Assembly (NCBI GenBank): GCA_051599415.1
Contig: AP039692.1
Coordinates: 310,001 to 374,000 of the forward strand
Reading direction: 5' to 3'
DNA: 64,000 nt
From: Savitreella phatthalungensis
Taxonomy: Eukaryota
Shown here: positions 53,559-64,000 of the stretch, piece by piece
How positions within the stretch are numbered: the stretch's first letter is position 1
Layout: each line of letters starts with the position of its first letter
Notes under the pieces: model-generated
What the model was told of the DNA's origin: nothing
What the model saw: only the letters and a program-made list of their open reading frames with translations
Databases searched by the model: none
Position numbers and translations under genes: made by a program

Positions 53559-54710
53559 TTGTTGTTGTTGCTGTGGCTTCGGTGGTGCAGTAGCTGCGCT
53601 GGCACTGTTGCCGACTTCCTCAATCACCTGCAGGCACGATGCTAGGAGTGTCTTCCAGAGCGTGGCATCTTTACGGCCGGCCTCGAAGATCGCGGTCCTG
53701 CGGTCGGGTCTGTGCTTGGCCACATGGACTAGCTCCTCGAATGCGAGGTGGCGTGATAGCGGCCGTACTGGCGGGCGGAGGCCATCGACCAGTGTGTCGT
53801 CCGCCATGGCAGATCGATCGCTTGCAAGGCGACCTTTGCGCAGCGGTCCTTGAGTCAGGTACGCATCGAATAGCCAATTGGCCGCACCACTGAGCAGCAG
53901 GATTATTCCCGATATCAGGAACGTCGACAGAATCACGTCGAGCGTGCCGGGCCACCGCGGGAGTGCAGTCGAGCGTGGTAGCTTGTAGGCGAGACGAACA
54001 ATGGTAATGAGGTTGCGGTAGAAGGTACCTCTGAAAGGCAAGTACGCGAACGGTGTCAGGAATGTGGCTGGCACTGCCGCTGCGACCCAAAGCAGCACAA
54101 TGATGGGCAGCTCGCGACGGATGCGTTCATCGAGCGGTCTTCTGACGGAGGGGAATGTGAGCCTGTCGACGTCTGTGAGGACGTGCCATGTGGCCGCAGC
54201 TGCACCGGTGAAAACACCTGCAAAGGTGATGTAAATCCATCGCTCATTGACACGCGGTAACTCGTAGCTCTTTTGAACGACAAGCAGGCCCACGAGCTTG
54301 GCTTTTGAGCAGTTGGCGAGATAGATGCGTGTGATGGTGAGGGAGAGCACAATATAGCTCGTATAGACTGCGGCCGCTCTCGTGCTGAAAAGACGTGCAT
54401 ATGCGGTTGCAATGACTGTCGATCTCCGTGTGTCGTATAGGTGAAGATTTGCTTTGCGTGTCAGAAGGAGAGGAAGCAGTGCAGAAAAGATGCCAAGCGT
54501 CCTGAACCCTGTCCAGGACCAGGGGAACAGCGACCATAGACCATGCCGTGAACCCAGAACCCAAGAGATTGGATATGTGAGTGTCAGGAGAAATACACAG
54601 GCGTGAACAAATTGTGCCTGGAGTAGCGGCGATACAATACCATGGTATGAAGGTGGTTTCAGCTTGGCTGAGGCCTCATTTGCTTGAAAAGAGGCTGCTA
54701 TTGAGACCAT
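52761..54710 (-). CDS. NDC1: Transmembrane nucleoporin / SPB-insertion factor Ndc1 (Cut11)
   Basis: About six N-terminal TM segments, NER motif, AFEEL..RRTAIF and SLHEDTYGRVYRDVP. Confidence 0.85.
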
Positions 54711-55145
54711 GCCGGATCGTCACACTGTGCGGACTGTCTCTGTTCCTTTTGAAAGCTATGTAGACATGAGCGAATGTTGAACAACCAAAGAGTCGATTAT
54801 TGGCTATTGACACACCCTGAGACAATACGTCCAATCTGTGAATTGGTGTTGTGATAGTCTGTGCGTGTAGATGACGATGTTGTCTTGTGCTTCAACAATT
54901 GTGTATACGCTGAAGTGTGCAACTACAACTCCATGGCTATATTTTAGTACATGCATCCAGTTTTCTCGCGTCCAATTTTCCCGTTGCCCAAAAGCTGCAT
55001 ACACGCACGTGTACATATGTGAAGTAATGCAAATACAGGGAGTCAATTAGACACCGGATATACCTCCATTCCACATCGACCTTTGCCAACAACCATCTAC
55101 TGCACATCCTACCTTCACAAGCCGCAGCCTGCAGTAGAGCAAGCA

Positions 55146-56685
55146 CTATGTGACCTTCTCATTCGACTGCTGAGGAAGACTCTCAATGTGTGACTTGACC
55201 TGAGAGATGACTCGATCGAGGTAGCCTTCGCGAAGGTTTTCATCCTGCATGCCGCCGTGGCGATCATCCTTAGCCAGCTGGTGTCCAGTGTCCTTGTAAG
55301 CTTCTGTGAGAGGGTCAGTAGACTCATTGGTTGTGATGTCAGTCTTCTCTCTTTACCCCATAGACGGTGCTCCGGAATGTCATTCGGAAGCTGAGCTTGC
55401 CGGCCGAGCAGTGTCGCCACCATGTACGCGTACGCCCTAGCAACAAGAGTCGTATTGTACCCTCCACCTACCAGCATGTCAGTATCTCTGTTCTGTGTGA
55501 TCCACAAAGTCTGTGAGGAATACCGCCTAGGTATAGCCGCTTGCATCTGAGCGCAGCCGCAGCAGCATCGATCTTCGCGATCGCTTGGCTGAAGTCGGCG
55601 ATCGATAGGTTCCACTCGGCGTGTGGATCGTGTGCAAGGCCATCTACACCGCACTGAACGATGATGGCTGCGGGATTGTATCTCTCCAGCGCTTGTATGA
55701 CTAGCTCGTCAATCACACGCCCGAAACTTGCAGTTGATAGGCCGCGTTTCGTCGGCACGTTAATGGTGTAACCACTGCCTTTGCCCTTTAGCGCGCCTGT
55801 ATTGCTCGCGCTGGAGATTGCCCCAGTGCCAGGGTAGAATCCACGATCATACCGATGCACACTGAGAGTAAGGACGCTGTCAGTGCGGGCGAATGCTCGC
55901 TCCGTGCCGTCGCCGTGGTGGAGGTCTAGATCGATGATCATGCAACGCCGGTTCTGCCGACCTGCAAGAACGAGATCACGACGCAAGCACGACGCTGCCA
56001 AGATGATATCGTTTGCGTAGCAGAATCCAGCTGCTCTGGAAGGTCCTGCATGGTGGCGTCCGCCGTCGAGGGCGATTGCCACATCGATTTGTGGAGTAGC
56101 TGATGGCGATAGCGCTGACGCAGCCGTCAGTGTGCCTCCACAGACCTCCAGAACATACTTCGAGAGTCCTTTAAACCGCGGACAGTCGTCCTCTAGGCCG
56201 TACTTATCTGCCTGCGTGCGGTCGTCCGCATCGGAGTCAGACGCATCTGTATCCGATGGCGGTCTGCGTAGAGCAATACGCTTCCGCTTTCTTGAGATTG
56301 AGGTAGATGCTGTGGCAGCACCCTCAACTGGTAGACTACCTGCACCTTGTGCCTGCTGTAGAGTCTCGAGAGACAGCAAGCTATGCTGATCTGCCGCCTC
56401 AATCTCGTTCCTCCCTGCATCATCCTCTGAATCAGAATCTTCAAGCAGGGCATCGACAAAGTCGGGATCGAAGCACGAGATGAGCTGCGAGCGGGACGTA
56501 GCAGAGGATGGCAGTATCGTCGCTGTGAGCTGTGCATTGTCATGGCTCTGGAGGGAATCGCATGACGAAGAGAGCAGCCCATAAGCATGAACAAGCGCAT
56601 GGGTCACTGATGATCTGTAAGGATTCGATGGAAGACGATCGGCGGCTCTTGCCAGCTCGGGCGAGTACACATAAGCGACAGTCAT
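55146..56685 (-). CDS. Class I histone deacetylase, Hos1/HDAC8-like; exons 56685-55524, 55467-55357, 55303-55146
   Basis: GGRHHA..AGFCYAND, DLDLHHGDG and QCGVDGLAHDP. Splicing restores LGGGGYN and DIPEH..MQDEN. YGLEDDCP is typical of Hos1/HDAC8. Confidence 0.85.
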
Positions 56686-56873
56686 GCGGACAAGAGAGGA
56701 AGAAGACTGATTAGCTCATCTGAACGTCTTTGATCTGTCGTCAATAGGATTCGTGTCATATAGCTATACGTCGTACATAAAGGTTGATAAGATAGAAAGA
56801 AGATCTGAGAATGCATGCATCTTCGAAGACTTTTCTGGACTCCGGGTGTTTGGTGCAAGAGCTCGACGACGAG

Positions 56874-58025
56874 CTAATCAGAGTCACTTGGAGAGTCTGC
56901 ATTGGCCACGAAGAGCCTCTGTCGGGGCATCATCTGAATCTCAAGCTCATCATCAGAGGAATCATTGTCTCGTGTTCCCGCACCACCATGGTTATTCCCG
57001 GAGACTTGACCAGGCAAGTGCGCAGTACTGCCCGACCGAGATGGATAGTCGCCAGTGATCTGATACTGCTGGATTTGTGTCGGTGAGCCTGAACGTGAAG
57101 GATAGTTTGAACTTGTAAAGTCGAAGCGAGCTGCACTGTGGGACCTGCGGTGGCCGCCGACAAGCGCATCGCTATCGGACTGCATCATGGAGGAGCTGGC
57201 ATCTGATGAGAGCATCGAATCCATCCGCTTCGGTGGATGTGTTCCTGGTAGAGTGTGCTGTGATGAAGCTGCGTATGGCTCGATATGCACATCGCTACCG
57301 AAATCAAAGTCGCCGTACGCGCCAGAGCCAGATCCCGAGCCGGATTCCTGCAATTCATCCACGCGGGGCATTCCTGCATATCCTCCAATCGAGGATGGCC
57401 GTACAGGGGAAATTGACCGGCGAGGAAGAGCTTCTCGTGAAGCAGGATAGCTAGCGAATTTATCGAATTCGTCCTGATCGTTGTCATCATACGCTTCGGT
57501 GGCACTGAGTCTCGGTACGAGGGCATTGCTGCCGGCGGCCGTGAGAGGGATCAGCTTCATCTTGCCGGATTGTTTTGGAGCAGATGAGTAACGACCTGCG
57601 CCTGATCCTCCACCTGAGCCTGAAGCGTGATGGCCATGACTGCCTGAGCCATAATGACCTGAGCCACCAGGGTACGCGGAAGAAGAGGAGGACTGGTTAT
57701 TTGAGGATGAATCGCCAAAAAATCTGCCGAACCTGCTTCGCTTCGATGAACTTCCCTTGCGCAGGCGTCCATTATTGTCCGCAGCAAGTGTATCTTTAGG
57801 TCCTCTCTCTGACCAGACGGTGGCCTTTGCCGCTCGTAGTCTTTGTACATAGGAGATTGGCTGGGTGGAGGCAGATTCTGTGTTGTTGGCATCCTTTCCA
57901 GCTGTTGCGGCAGCGGTATCGGTGGCGCCACTGTTGAAAGTTGACGATGCTATGGAGGATACACCAGTGGTCACGCTCGTAGCGCTGACACCACTCGCGG
58001 TTGAGTCATTCCGCGTGTGCATCAT
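56874..58025 (-). CDS. Uncharacterised Ser/Gly-rich disordered protein
   Basis: 383-aa ATG ORF with short motif-like islands SYVQRLRAAKATVWSERG, LVPRLSATE and RLFVANAD. Confidence 0.75.
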   Translation of the reverse strand: MMHTRNDSTASGVSATSVTTGVSSIASSTFNSGATDTAAATAGKDANNTESASTQPISYVQRLRAAKATVWSERGPKDTLAADNNGRLRKGSSSKRSRFGRFFGDSSSNNQSSSSSAYPGGSGHYGSGSHGHHASGSGGGSGAGRYSSAPKQSGKMKLIPLTAAGSNALVPRLSATEAYDDNDQDEFDKFASYPASREALPRRSISPVRPSSIGGYAGMPRVDELQESGSGSGSGAYGDFDFGSDVHIEPYAASSQHTLPGTHPPKRMDSMLSSDASSSMMQSDSDALVGGHRRSHSAARFDFTSSNYPSRSGSPTQIQQYQITGDYPSRSGSTAHLPGQVSGNNHGGAGTRDNDSSDDELEIQMMPRQRLFVANADSPSDSD

Positions 58026-58589
58026 GAGGACGAGGACTCTGGCGTCCCTCCTTTAACGAGCCAGGGACACCTCAAATGTTCGAGAGTCGCGATGAATGAC
58101 TCAAATAGAAGCGGAGATAAGTCTCAGACGAGACCGTTGACCCAGACTTGGACTCAGCGGTCCTTCTAACTTCGTTAATACGGTTGTTGTTGTCGTGGTC
58201 GTCGTCGTTGTCTTTTCTGTTGTTTGTGAGACCGACGTCACTTTCTTTTTGTGGTTGTGCACGTGACTAAAGTTTCCACTTAGACGCGTCTTTGAAAATA
58301 TTGATCCACTTTACACGTACATGCAGCTGCAACACGCTTCACTCAAAATTCCTTCACGTCTTCAACTGAACTTTGAACCTTGACTTGAACCTCTAGACGC
58401 GACGTGACTCACCTTCACAAGTCCTTACAAAGTCTGTGAGACAGCGCTCTCAGGTGCATTCTCACTGCGCAGAGTGGGGTTGTGACTCTGTTCAGAGGAT
58501 CATTGACCTTTCGCCTTGGTCCGACGCGAGTGCTCGATTCGCGATATCGCGCGTATAAGTGCTTGTGAGACCTGTTTGGGCTGCAGATC

Positions 58590-60689
58590 ATGAGCCTAGA
58601 AGGTCGCCCACTTGATCTGGACTCTCTCACTAGCCATCACACTCCGTCAAAGCCAGCTCAGTCAGTCACTTCTGCTGTAAATCAACCAGTAACGCCTGCT
58701 CAGTCACGTTCGAGAACAAAAAAGCGAAAGCTGGCTAGCTGCGTTGTATCACCGGACGCTCTAGTGGCAACCAAAGACGCGTCTCCCACACCTGAGCGCC
58801 CAAGCACAACAATTTACCCATCGGACGCGTCTCTGATGTCACCGCCAGAATCGCTCAAGCGCGCAGCTTCAGCAGCTGGAGATGACGGCAGTGATGGACA
58901 AGCCTCCGAGTCTGGCTCAGCGTCTGTCAAGAAGCAGAAGCTTTGCATGACCGCAGACGAGAAGGTTGAAAAGAAGCGCAGGGAAGCGGAAGAGCGCGAG
59001 ACAAAGCGACTTCTCGCAGAGATTGACAAGGCTGAGAAGCAGGAAAAGAAACGTCTCGCTCAGCTCGACAAGGACAACAAGCGGAAGCAAGCAGAGCAGG
59101 AGCGTGATGCTCGCAGGGCCATTGCAGAGGTCGAGCGTGCTCAGCGCGAAGAGAAGCGGAAAGTGGCAGAGGAAGAACGCGAAGCGAAACGCCGCGCAAT
59201 TGAGCAGGAGAAAGAGACCAAGCGCAAAGCGATCGAGCAGGACAAGGAAGCTAAGCGCATCGCAGCTGAGGAGAAGCGAAGGCTGAAGGACGAGGCAGAG
59301 GCAGCTAAGCAAGCGGAAATCGATAAGAAGGAACGGCTTCAGCCCAGGCTCAACAATTTCTTCACGAAAGTCAAGGCGCCAGCAGCCATCGTCAAAGAGC
59401 AGTCCTCGGCAGAGGTATCAAGCGCTGCTCTTGACAGCACGGCCGCAAAACCTTCGATTTTCAAGCCATTTCATGTCCGGGACCACGCGCGATTGCGAAA
59501 GCTGCGATGCAAGCACGCTAATCACCTTGACGCGTCCACATTTGTCGCAAGCATTGGCACGGACAACGATCTTGCAGACACAGCTATCCAGTGCCTGCGG
59601 CAAGACGTTCATGGTCAGCGACGACGAGAGCTACGCAAGAAGCGCGTCGTTCCATTGCGCGACCTGATGAACGACGAACACATGAGCTCCCGTTCAGACG
59701 TCCGTGGCCCACCATATAAATTGCTGCAGTACAAGCATCAGGATTACCGGCCACCTTACTGGGGCACCGTCACGTGCTTACCACAGGATGCTCGTGGGCT
59801 TGTAACCGGGCGTAATCCATTGGCACGGACGTCGAAGCTGAACTACGACTACGATTCAGAGGCAGAGTGGCAATCTGAAGGTGAGGGCGAGGATCTGCTT
59901 GACGATGAGGATGATGAGGATGGGAGCGATGCTGGGTCAGAGTACTCGAAGGATACGCTGGATGAGGAGGACCGTGCGTTCCTGGACGACAGTCAGGATG
60001 GCGATGTCACCACCTCGATCCCCGCACGTGCAGCCAGAGCTCGGCTGTCTGGCCAGATGACCGCGATCGTCATCAACGGTCTCCTCCCACCATCCCAGCC
60101 AAACCACGCCTCCACACTCGCCAAGATGTCACTACGCCGTCTAGTTGACCTAGACTCCCCATCCCAACCAATCGATCCCTTCAAGGACTACTGGACTCCC
60201 GCTCCCACCGTCACCAATGCCGACCCATCCATAGACCCATCGTCCACAACCTCCACCCCGGTCAAGCGATTCACCGCCAAGGAGAAAGGCAAAGGTAAAG
60301 CTATATGCCAGACGGGTATTGCTGGGTTACCGATGCATGCTGCTTCGGCGAACGCTTTGAACTTACTCCGTGATCCTGTGGCGGTGGTGGCATATGAAGG
60401 TCCATCGACTGCTGCTGCTGCGGCATCCGTTACGTCAGGGGACGATCTTCTGGTACCAGCCCACCTGATGCCGGCTTTCAAGTCGGTCGTTGCAGGATCG
60501 ACGCTGTCCAAGGTACTCCTGGTAGAGCGTCTTCGAGCGGAGTTTGGTAACGGTAGTGGCTTGTTCGATGGCACTCCTAACAACAATACGACCCCTTCCA
60601 AAATCTCTAAAAAAATCATCGAGCGTACCCTCAACAAGATCGCCAAGCGAGCCGGCAGAAAGGATACCGACGTCTGGGTACTCATATAG
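58590..60689 (+). CDS. RLF2: Chromatin assembly factor 1 subunit A (Rlf2/Cac1/Pcf1)
   Basis: KER helix, PIP box QPRLNNFF, RPPYWGT, LNYDYDSEAEW, ED domain and a C-terminal winged-helix-like region. Confidence 0.93.
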   Translation: MSLEGRPLDLDSLTSHHTPSKPAQSVTSAVNQPVTPAQSRSRTKKRKLASCVVSPDALVATKDASPTPERPSTTIYPSDASLMSPPESLKRAASAAGDDGSDGQASESGSASVKKQKLCMTADEKVEKKRREAEERETKRLLAEIDKAEKQEKKRLAQLDKDNKRKQAEQERDARRAIAEVERAQREEKRKVAEEEREAKRRAIEQEKETKRKAIEQDKEAKRIAAEEKRRLKDEAEAAKQAEIDKKERLQPRLNNFFTKVKAPAAIVKEQSSAEVSSAALDSTAAKPSIFKPFHVRDHARLRKLRCKHANHLDASTFVASIGTDNDLADTAIQCLRQDVHGQRRRELRKKRVVPLRDLMNDEHMSSRSDVRGPPYKLLQYKHQDYRPPYWGTVTCLPQDARGLVTGRNPLARTSKLNYDYDSEAEWQSEGEGEDLLDDEDDEDGSDAGSEYSKDTLDEEDRAFLDDSQDGDVTTSIPARAARARLSGQMTAIVINGLLPPSQPNHASTLAKMSLRRLVDLDSPSQPIDPFKDYWTPAPTVTNADPSIDPSSTTSTPVKRFTAKEKGKGKAICQTGIAGLPMHAASANALNLLRDPVAVVAYEGPSTAAAAASVTSGDDLLVPAHLMPAFKSVVAGSTLSKVLLVERLRAEFGNGSGLFDGTPNNNTTPSKISKKIIERTLNKIAKRAGRKDTDVWVLI

Positions 60690-60879
60690 CCCATACGCAT
60701 ACCCACAATAGTCGTACACTAAAGACACAGCTGGAAGTTACGCATATGGATATGATTAAATACAAGCAAGCATGGAAAGGGGTAAGTGAGGGAAGGCGGT
60801 ATAAGGAACAAGGACTGTCGAAACTGGATTTAGGTGATGTGTTGTGGTGTTGGTGATTGGGTGGAGTGTGTGTGTGTGC

Positions 60880-62562
60880 TTAGTGGGTAGTTGGGAAGTT
60901 GACGTCGAGTGGTGATTGAGCGACGTTGTCTTCGATCACGGGTGCCTCGGAGGTGGTGGTGGTGGTTGGAGCAGGGTCGGCAAAGGGAGATGAAGCTTCA
61001 TCGGCCTGAGTACGTGGAGAGATGGCGGATTCTGCATTCGTCGTTGCAGACTGCTGTGCAAGCTGCTTCTTCAGGTTCTCTTTCCGCTGAGCCCACTGGT
61101 CGGTAGCCTGCATGACAGACTTGGTCCGCAGTGGTTCACCGGTGTTGGCGGCCTTGGTTGCGGGCGGCTCGGTGGTCAGGTCGAAAGGCTTAGGTGAGGA
61201 GGAAGGGGATGAAGAGTTGGCCGTGGTGATGGCGGCATGGGCGAGGGCCTCGGCTTCGTCACCGGCAGCGTAGGACTTGCGATTGTCGGCCGAGGTCTTG
61301 GTCTCGTTGTTGGCCGCGGCGGCGGCGGCGTCGGTGGCAGGAGCAGGTGTAGTGACGACCGGGAAGGTGACTGGTGCGGCAGAGCTAATGATTGGGGAGG
61401 AGGAAGACTCGACGTGGTCGGCCTCTGCGTCCTCCTTGCTAGCGAATGGGTTCTGAGCTGGACGCTGAGCGATGGGCGCGGCGACGGGTCCGGCAGCAGG
61501 AATCGGCTTACGGGGCATGTTGGGGATCTGCTGAGATGCAGAGCGTTGGCCGTTCATCGGGTAAGGTGCGTTGCTGGGCGGGTATGGGGCACCGCTGCGG
61601 TTCGACTGAGCACTGGCGCTGCGCATGCCTGCAGGAGGCATGCCACCGCTGAAGTTACGTCCCTGCTGCGGGTAGGGCTGCTGCTGTTGAGGTGGAAGCT
61701 GACGCTGCTGCATCTGCGGCTGATTCGGGTGCGGGCGGTAGTTCGGGTGAGCTGGGTGACCGGGCGGTGGGGTGAATGGACGTTGAATACCCAGGACGTT
61801 TGAGCGCTCGCGGGCTTCGGCAGGAGTGATTGGACGAGAAGGTGCGGCGGCCATACGAGGGGAGTTGAACTTGCTTCCGTTGCCAGTGTTCGCAAATGAG
61901 CCGAGAGGACCAAAGTCAAAGTCACCACCTGCCGGTGGCGACGGCGGCTTGACCTCTGATGTCGAGACGTACGAAGCTCCCTTCTCGGCCTCCTCGCGGC
62001 GCTCGCGCTGGTTGCGGGCGTAGGCGGCAGCACGACGACGGCTCTTGTTGCGCTTGAAGAGGAGAATCGCGCCACCGATGAGGAATCCGAGTAGGACGAC
62101 TGCGCCGATTGCAAGTCCCGCAACGGCACTGCTGGGCAGTGGAGCACTAGACTTTGAGGCCTTGTTGGCGAGCGCTGCTGCAGTAGCGCTTGCGTGAGCA
62201 GAGGACGCGGATGATTGGACGGTGTTGATCGAGGCGGTGGTGGTGTAGATTGAAGGCATGGCCGAAGTGGTCGGGGTGGCAGAGCTTGTGGGTGACGGCT
62301 GGGTCGAGCTCGCGAGGGAAGAGGAAGGGAGCGGAAATGACCAGATGAGGGGAGGAGTAGAGGACGATAAGGCGGCTGCGGAGGTGGAGAAACTGCGAAG
62401 GGCAGTGGTCATCGTGTTGAGGTCGAGGGTAGCGGTGGTGCTGGGGAGGATTAGCGCCGCGGTTGTTGTTGGGAGGGCGAGAGGGTTGACGGTCTGACCT
62501 CCGGCTGCGAGGAAGGACGAAAGCGCCTCTCCAGAGAGCGTGATTGTGGTTGTGGTGACCAT
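60880..62562 (-). CDS. Single-pass membrane protein with a Ser/Thr-rich ectodomain and a Pro/Gln-rich cytoplasmic tail
   Basis: S/T-rich N-terminus, TM AVAGLAIGAVVLLGFLIGGAILLF followed by KRNKSRRR. Confidence 0.8.
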   Translation of the reverse strand: MVTTTTITLSGEALSSFLAAGGQTVNPLALPTTTAALILPSTTATLDLNTMTTALRSFSTSAAALSSSTPPLIWSFPLPSSSLASSTQPSPTSSATPTTSAMPSIYTTTASINTVQSSASSAHASATAAALANKASKSSAPLPSSAVAGLAIGAVVLLGFLIGGAILLFKRNKSRRRAAAYARNQRERREEAEKGASYVSTSEVKPPSPPAGGDFDFGPLGSFANTGNGSKFNSPRMAAAPSRPITPAEARERSNVLGIQRPFTPPPGHPAHPNYRPHPNQPQMQQRQLPPQQQQPYPQQGRNFSGGMPPAGMRSASAQSNRSGAPYPPSNAPYPMNGQRSASQQIPNMPRKPIPAAGPVAAPIAQRPAQNPFASKEDAEADHVESSSSPIISSAAPVTFPVVTTPAPATDAAAAAANNETKTSADNRKSYAAGDEAEALAHAAITTANSSSPSSSPKPFDLTTEPPATKAANTGEPLRTKSVMQATDQWAQRKENLKKQLAQQSATTNAESAISPRTQADEASSPFADPAPTTTTTSEAPVIEDNVAQSPLDVNFPTTH

Positions 62563-62988
62563 GGTGTTCTGGTGAGGTGATCGATAGGGAAGTTGCTGGA
62601 GGAAGAGAAGGGTTGTCGGTGATTAACTATGAAGAGAGTGTAGGGCGTCAGGAGGCTCCTTAGAGAGTGAGAACCTCGAGACTTGTAGGCTTTTGAAAGC
62701 TTTTCTGTTCTTGTCGAGTTGGTCGACTTTTTAGAGAAGCAGAGATTGACTGGCGGTGTAGGTATAGACGAGCGTTGATTCTTCAGTTTTGAACAAACCG
62801 ATTGAGCATGTCGTGGGGGATGTGTCTGCGCGAGTGAGTGTGTGAGAGAGTGTGTGTTGGTGTGTGATGCGACGAGGATAGGTCGTAGGTCTGTGTTGGT
62901 GTGTCTGTGTTGGTGTGTGTCGGTCGGCGTCGTGTTCGGTGTTCGGGTTGAGAGAGCGTGTGGATGAGTGAGAGTATGATTGAGAGAG

Positions 62989-63015
62989 TGTGAGTGAGTG
63001 AGTGAGTGAGTGAGT
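62989..63015. repeat. (GTGA)n microsatellite within a GT/GA-rich leader region
   Basis: Seen directly. Complementary (CTCA)-rich runs occur at ~63180-63250. Confidence 0.8.
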
Positions 63016-64000
63016 CTGTAGTGCGGGTGTTGGATGGATAGGTTGAAGATGACTGTGCTGTATAAGGAAGATACCGATTGACTGCTGGATACACAGTCAA
63101 TTGCTCGGGCCAACCTGAAGACAGGCAAGACAGTCAGTCATACACACAGTAAGACAGACAGCCAGTATTATCAGTATCCTCACTCACTTACTGACTCACT
63201 CACTTCACTGGCTCACTCACTCTGTGGCTGCTCCAGTCTAACTAACTCACTCTCGCTTTGACTTTGACCTTTGGCTCTGACTTTTGACTCCAATTAAATT
63301 GAGTAGATCATTAGAACCTGACTCAGATCCAATTTCTTCTGTTTGCAGTGCAGCTATGAATCTTCTGGGTGTATATCTACTTCTCGTCAGACACTTGTTT
63401 CGTAGACTGCTTTTTCTTCCATCCTGAGGCAGGTGTGAATCGGGCTGAGTGAGTCGAGCGAATGAGTCTATTCAATTTAGGTTTACTTTTTGTTTGTGGA
63501 GTAGAAAACATTCCTGCCGTGCATATCGACTAAATTTGACATTTGATCTACACCGGATCTATAGCTATAGAGAGCTCTTTGGATTCTCTTGTTTTTTCCC
63601 TTTCTTCCGCACGCGTTCGGGGGAATTTGAAAGGAGGTTTCTCTGGCATGCATGTGCTTCCCGATTCATCAATTCTTCTCATTCTGATCTCATAGGAGTC
63701 AAAATTCAAGTTCTAAAATTTGATTCGTCATCGACCTGGATCAGATTGACGTCAATTGTAGAATCCATCCTCAAAAACAGCAAGATCGATTTTCATCTAT
63801 ATTCTCCTTCTACAGATATGAAGACCCAAAATATACCACCTCTCGAAGGTTCAGATCAGATCCAAAACACGGATCTCTGTGAGTGAATCTCCAATAGAAG
63901 ATGATCAATTGAAATTTCCTGGATCCGAGGAATTTCAGGGGCGACAATGGATAATCCAAAATCAGAAGGTCATTTCGGAAAAGTGTCTCTTGAATCTGAC

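Noticed and set aside
3831..60689. Functional clustering of SPB/kinetochore, chromatin or RNA-decay genes
   Set aside because: The genes are interspersed with unrelated housekeeping genes, as expected by chance in a compact genome without synteny evidence.
62451..63886. ORFs of 105-225 aa upstream of the membrane-protein gene
   Set aside because: Low-complexity His/Thr/Ser translations of CA/TCAC-rich leader, or AT-rich promoter sequence with non-ATG starts.

Overview
Gene-dense, intron-poor fungal (ascomycete) chromosomal segment. The Sid4-like protein, the mS34-like protein and short 44-89 nt GT-AG introns with CTRAC branch points suggest Taphrinomycotina, but that is inference. About 32 protein-coding genes can be supported. 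Most are housekeeping genes: SSL2/XPB, GLC8, DAD1, SPE2, HUA1, SHP1, YAR1, UBC7, a Sid4-like gene, PRP45, MRP21, TAF6, MRH4, HSP78, a HAT2/RBBP4-family gene, XRN1, SPC3, MTR4, COX8, ELP1, NDC1, a HOS1-like HDAC and CAF-1 p150. There is also a secreted carboxylesterase and a secreted-type M3 peptidase. Several genes are spliced and had to be rebuilt by hand, including a 79-aa microprotein absent from the ORF track. The least explained feature is a ~1.45 kb island at ~4690-6140. It has two arms of degenerate 11-bp repeats (AAACCCAGACT) bounded by imperfect inverted termini. The arms enclose a TATA box and 4-5 consecutive canonical, partly self-similar spliceosomal introns that give no intact ORF. 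Other notable signals are a uORF-containing SPE2 leader, a 5-unit heat-shock element before HSP78 and a probable 5'UTR intron in XRN1. No tRNA, rRNA, CRISPR array or transposase was recognised.
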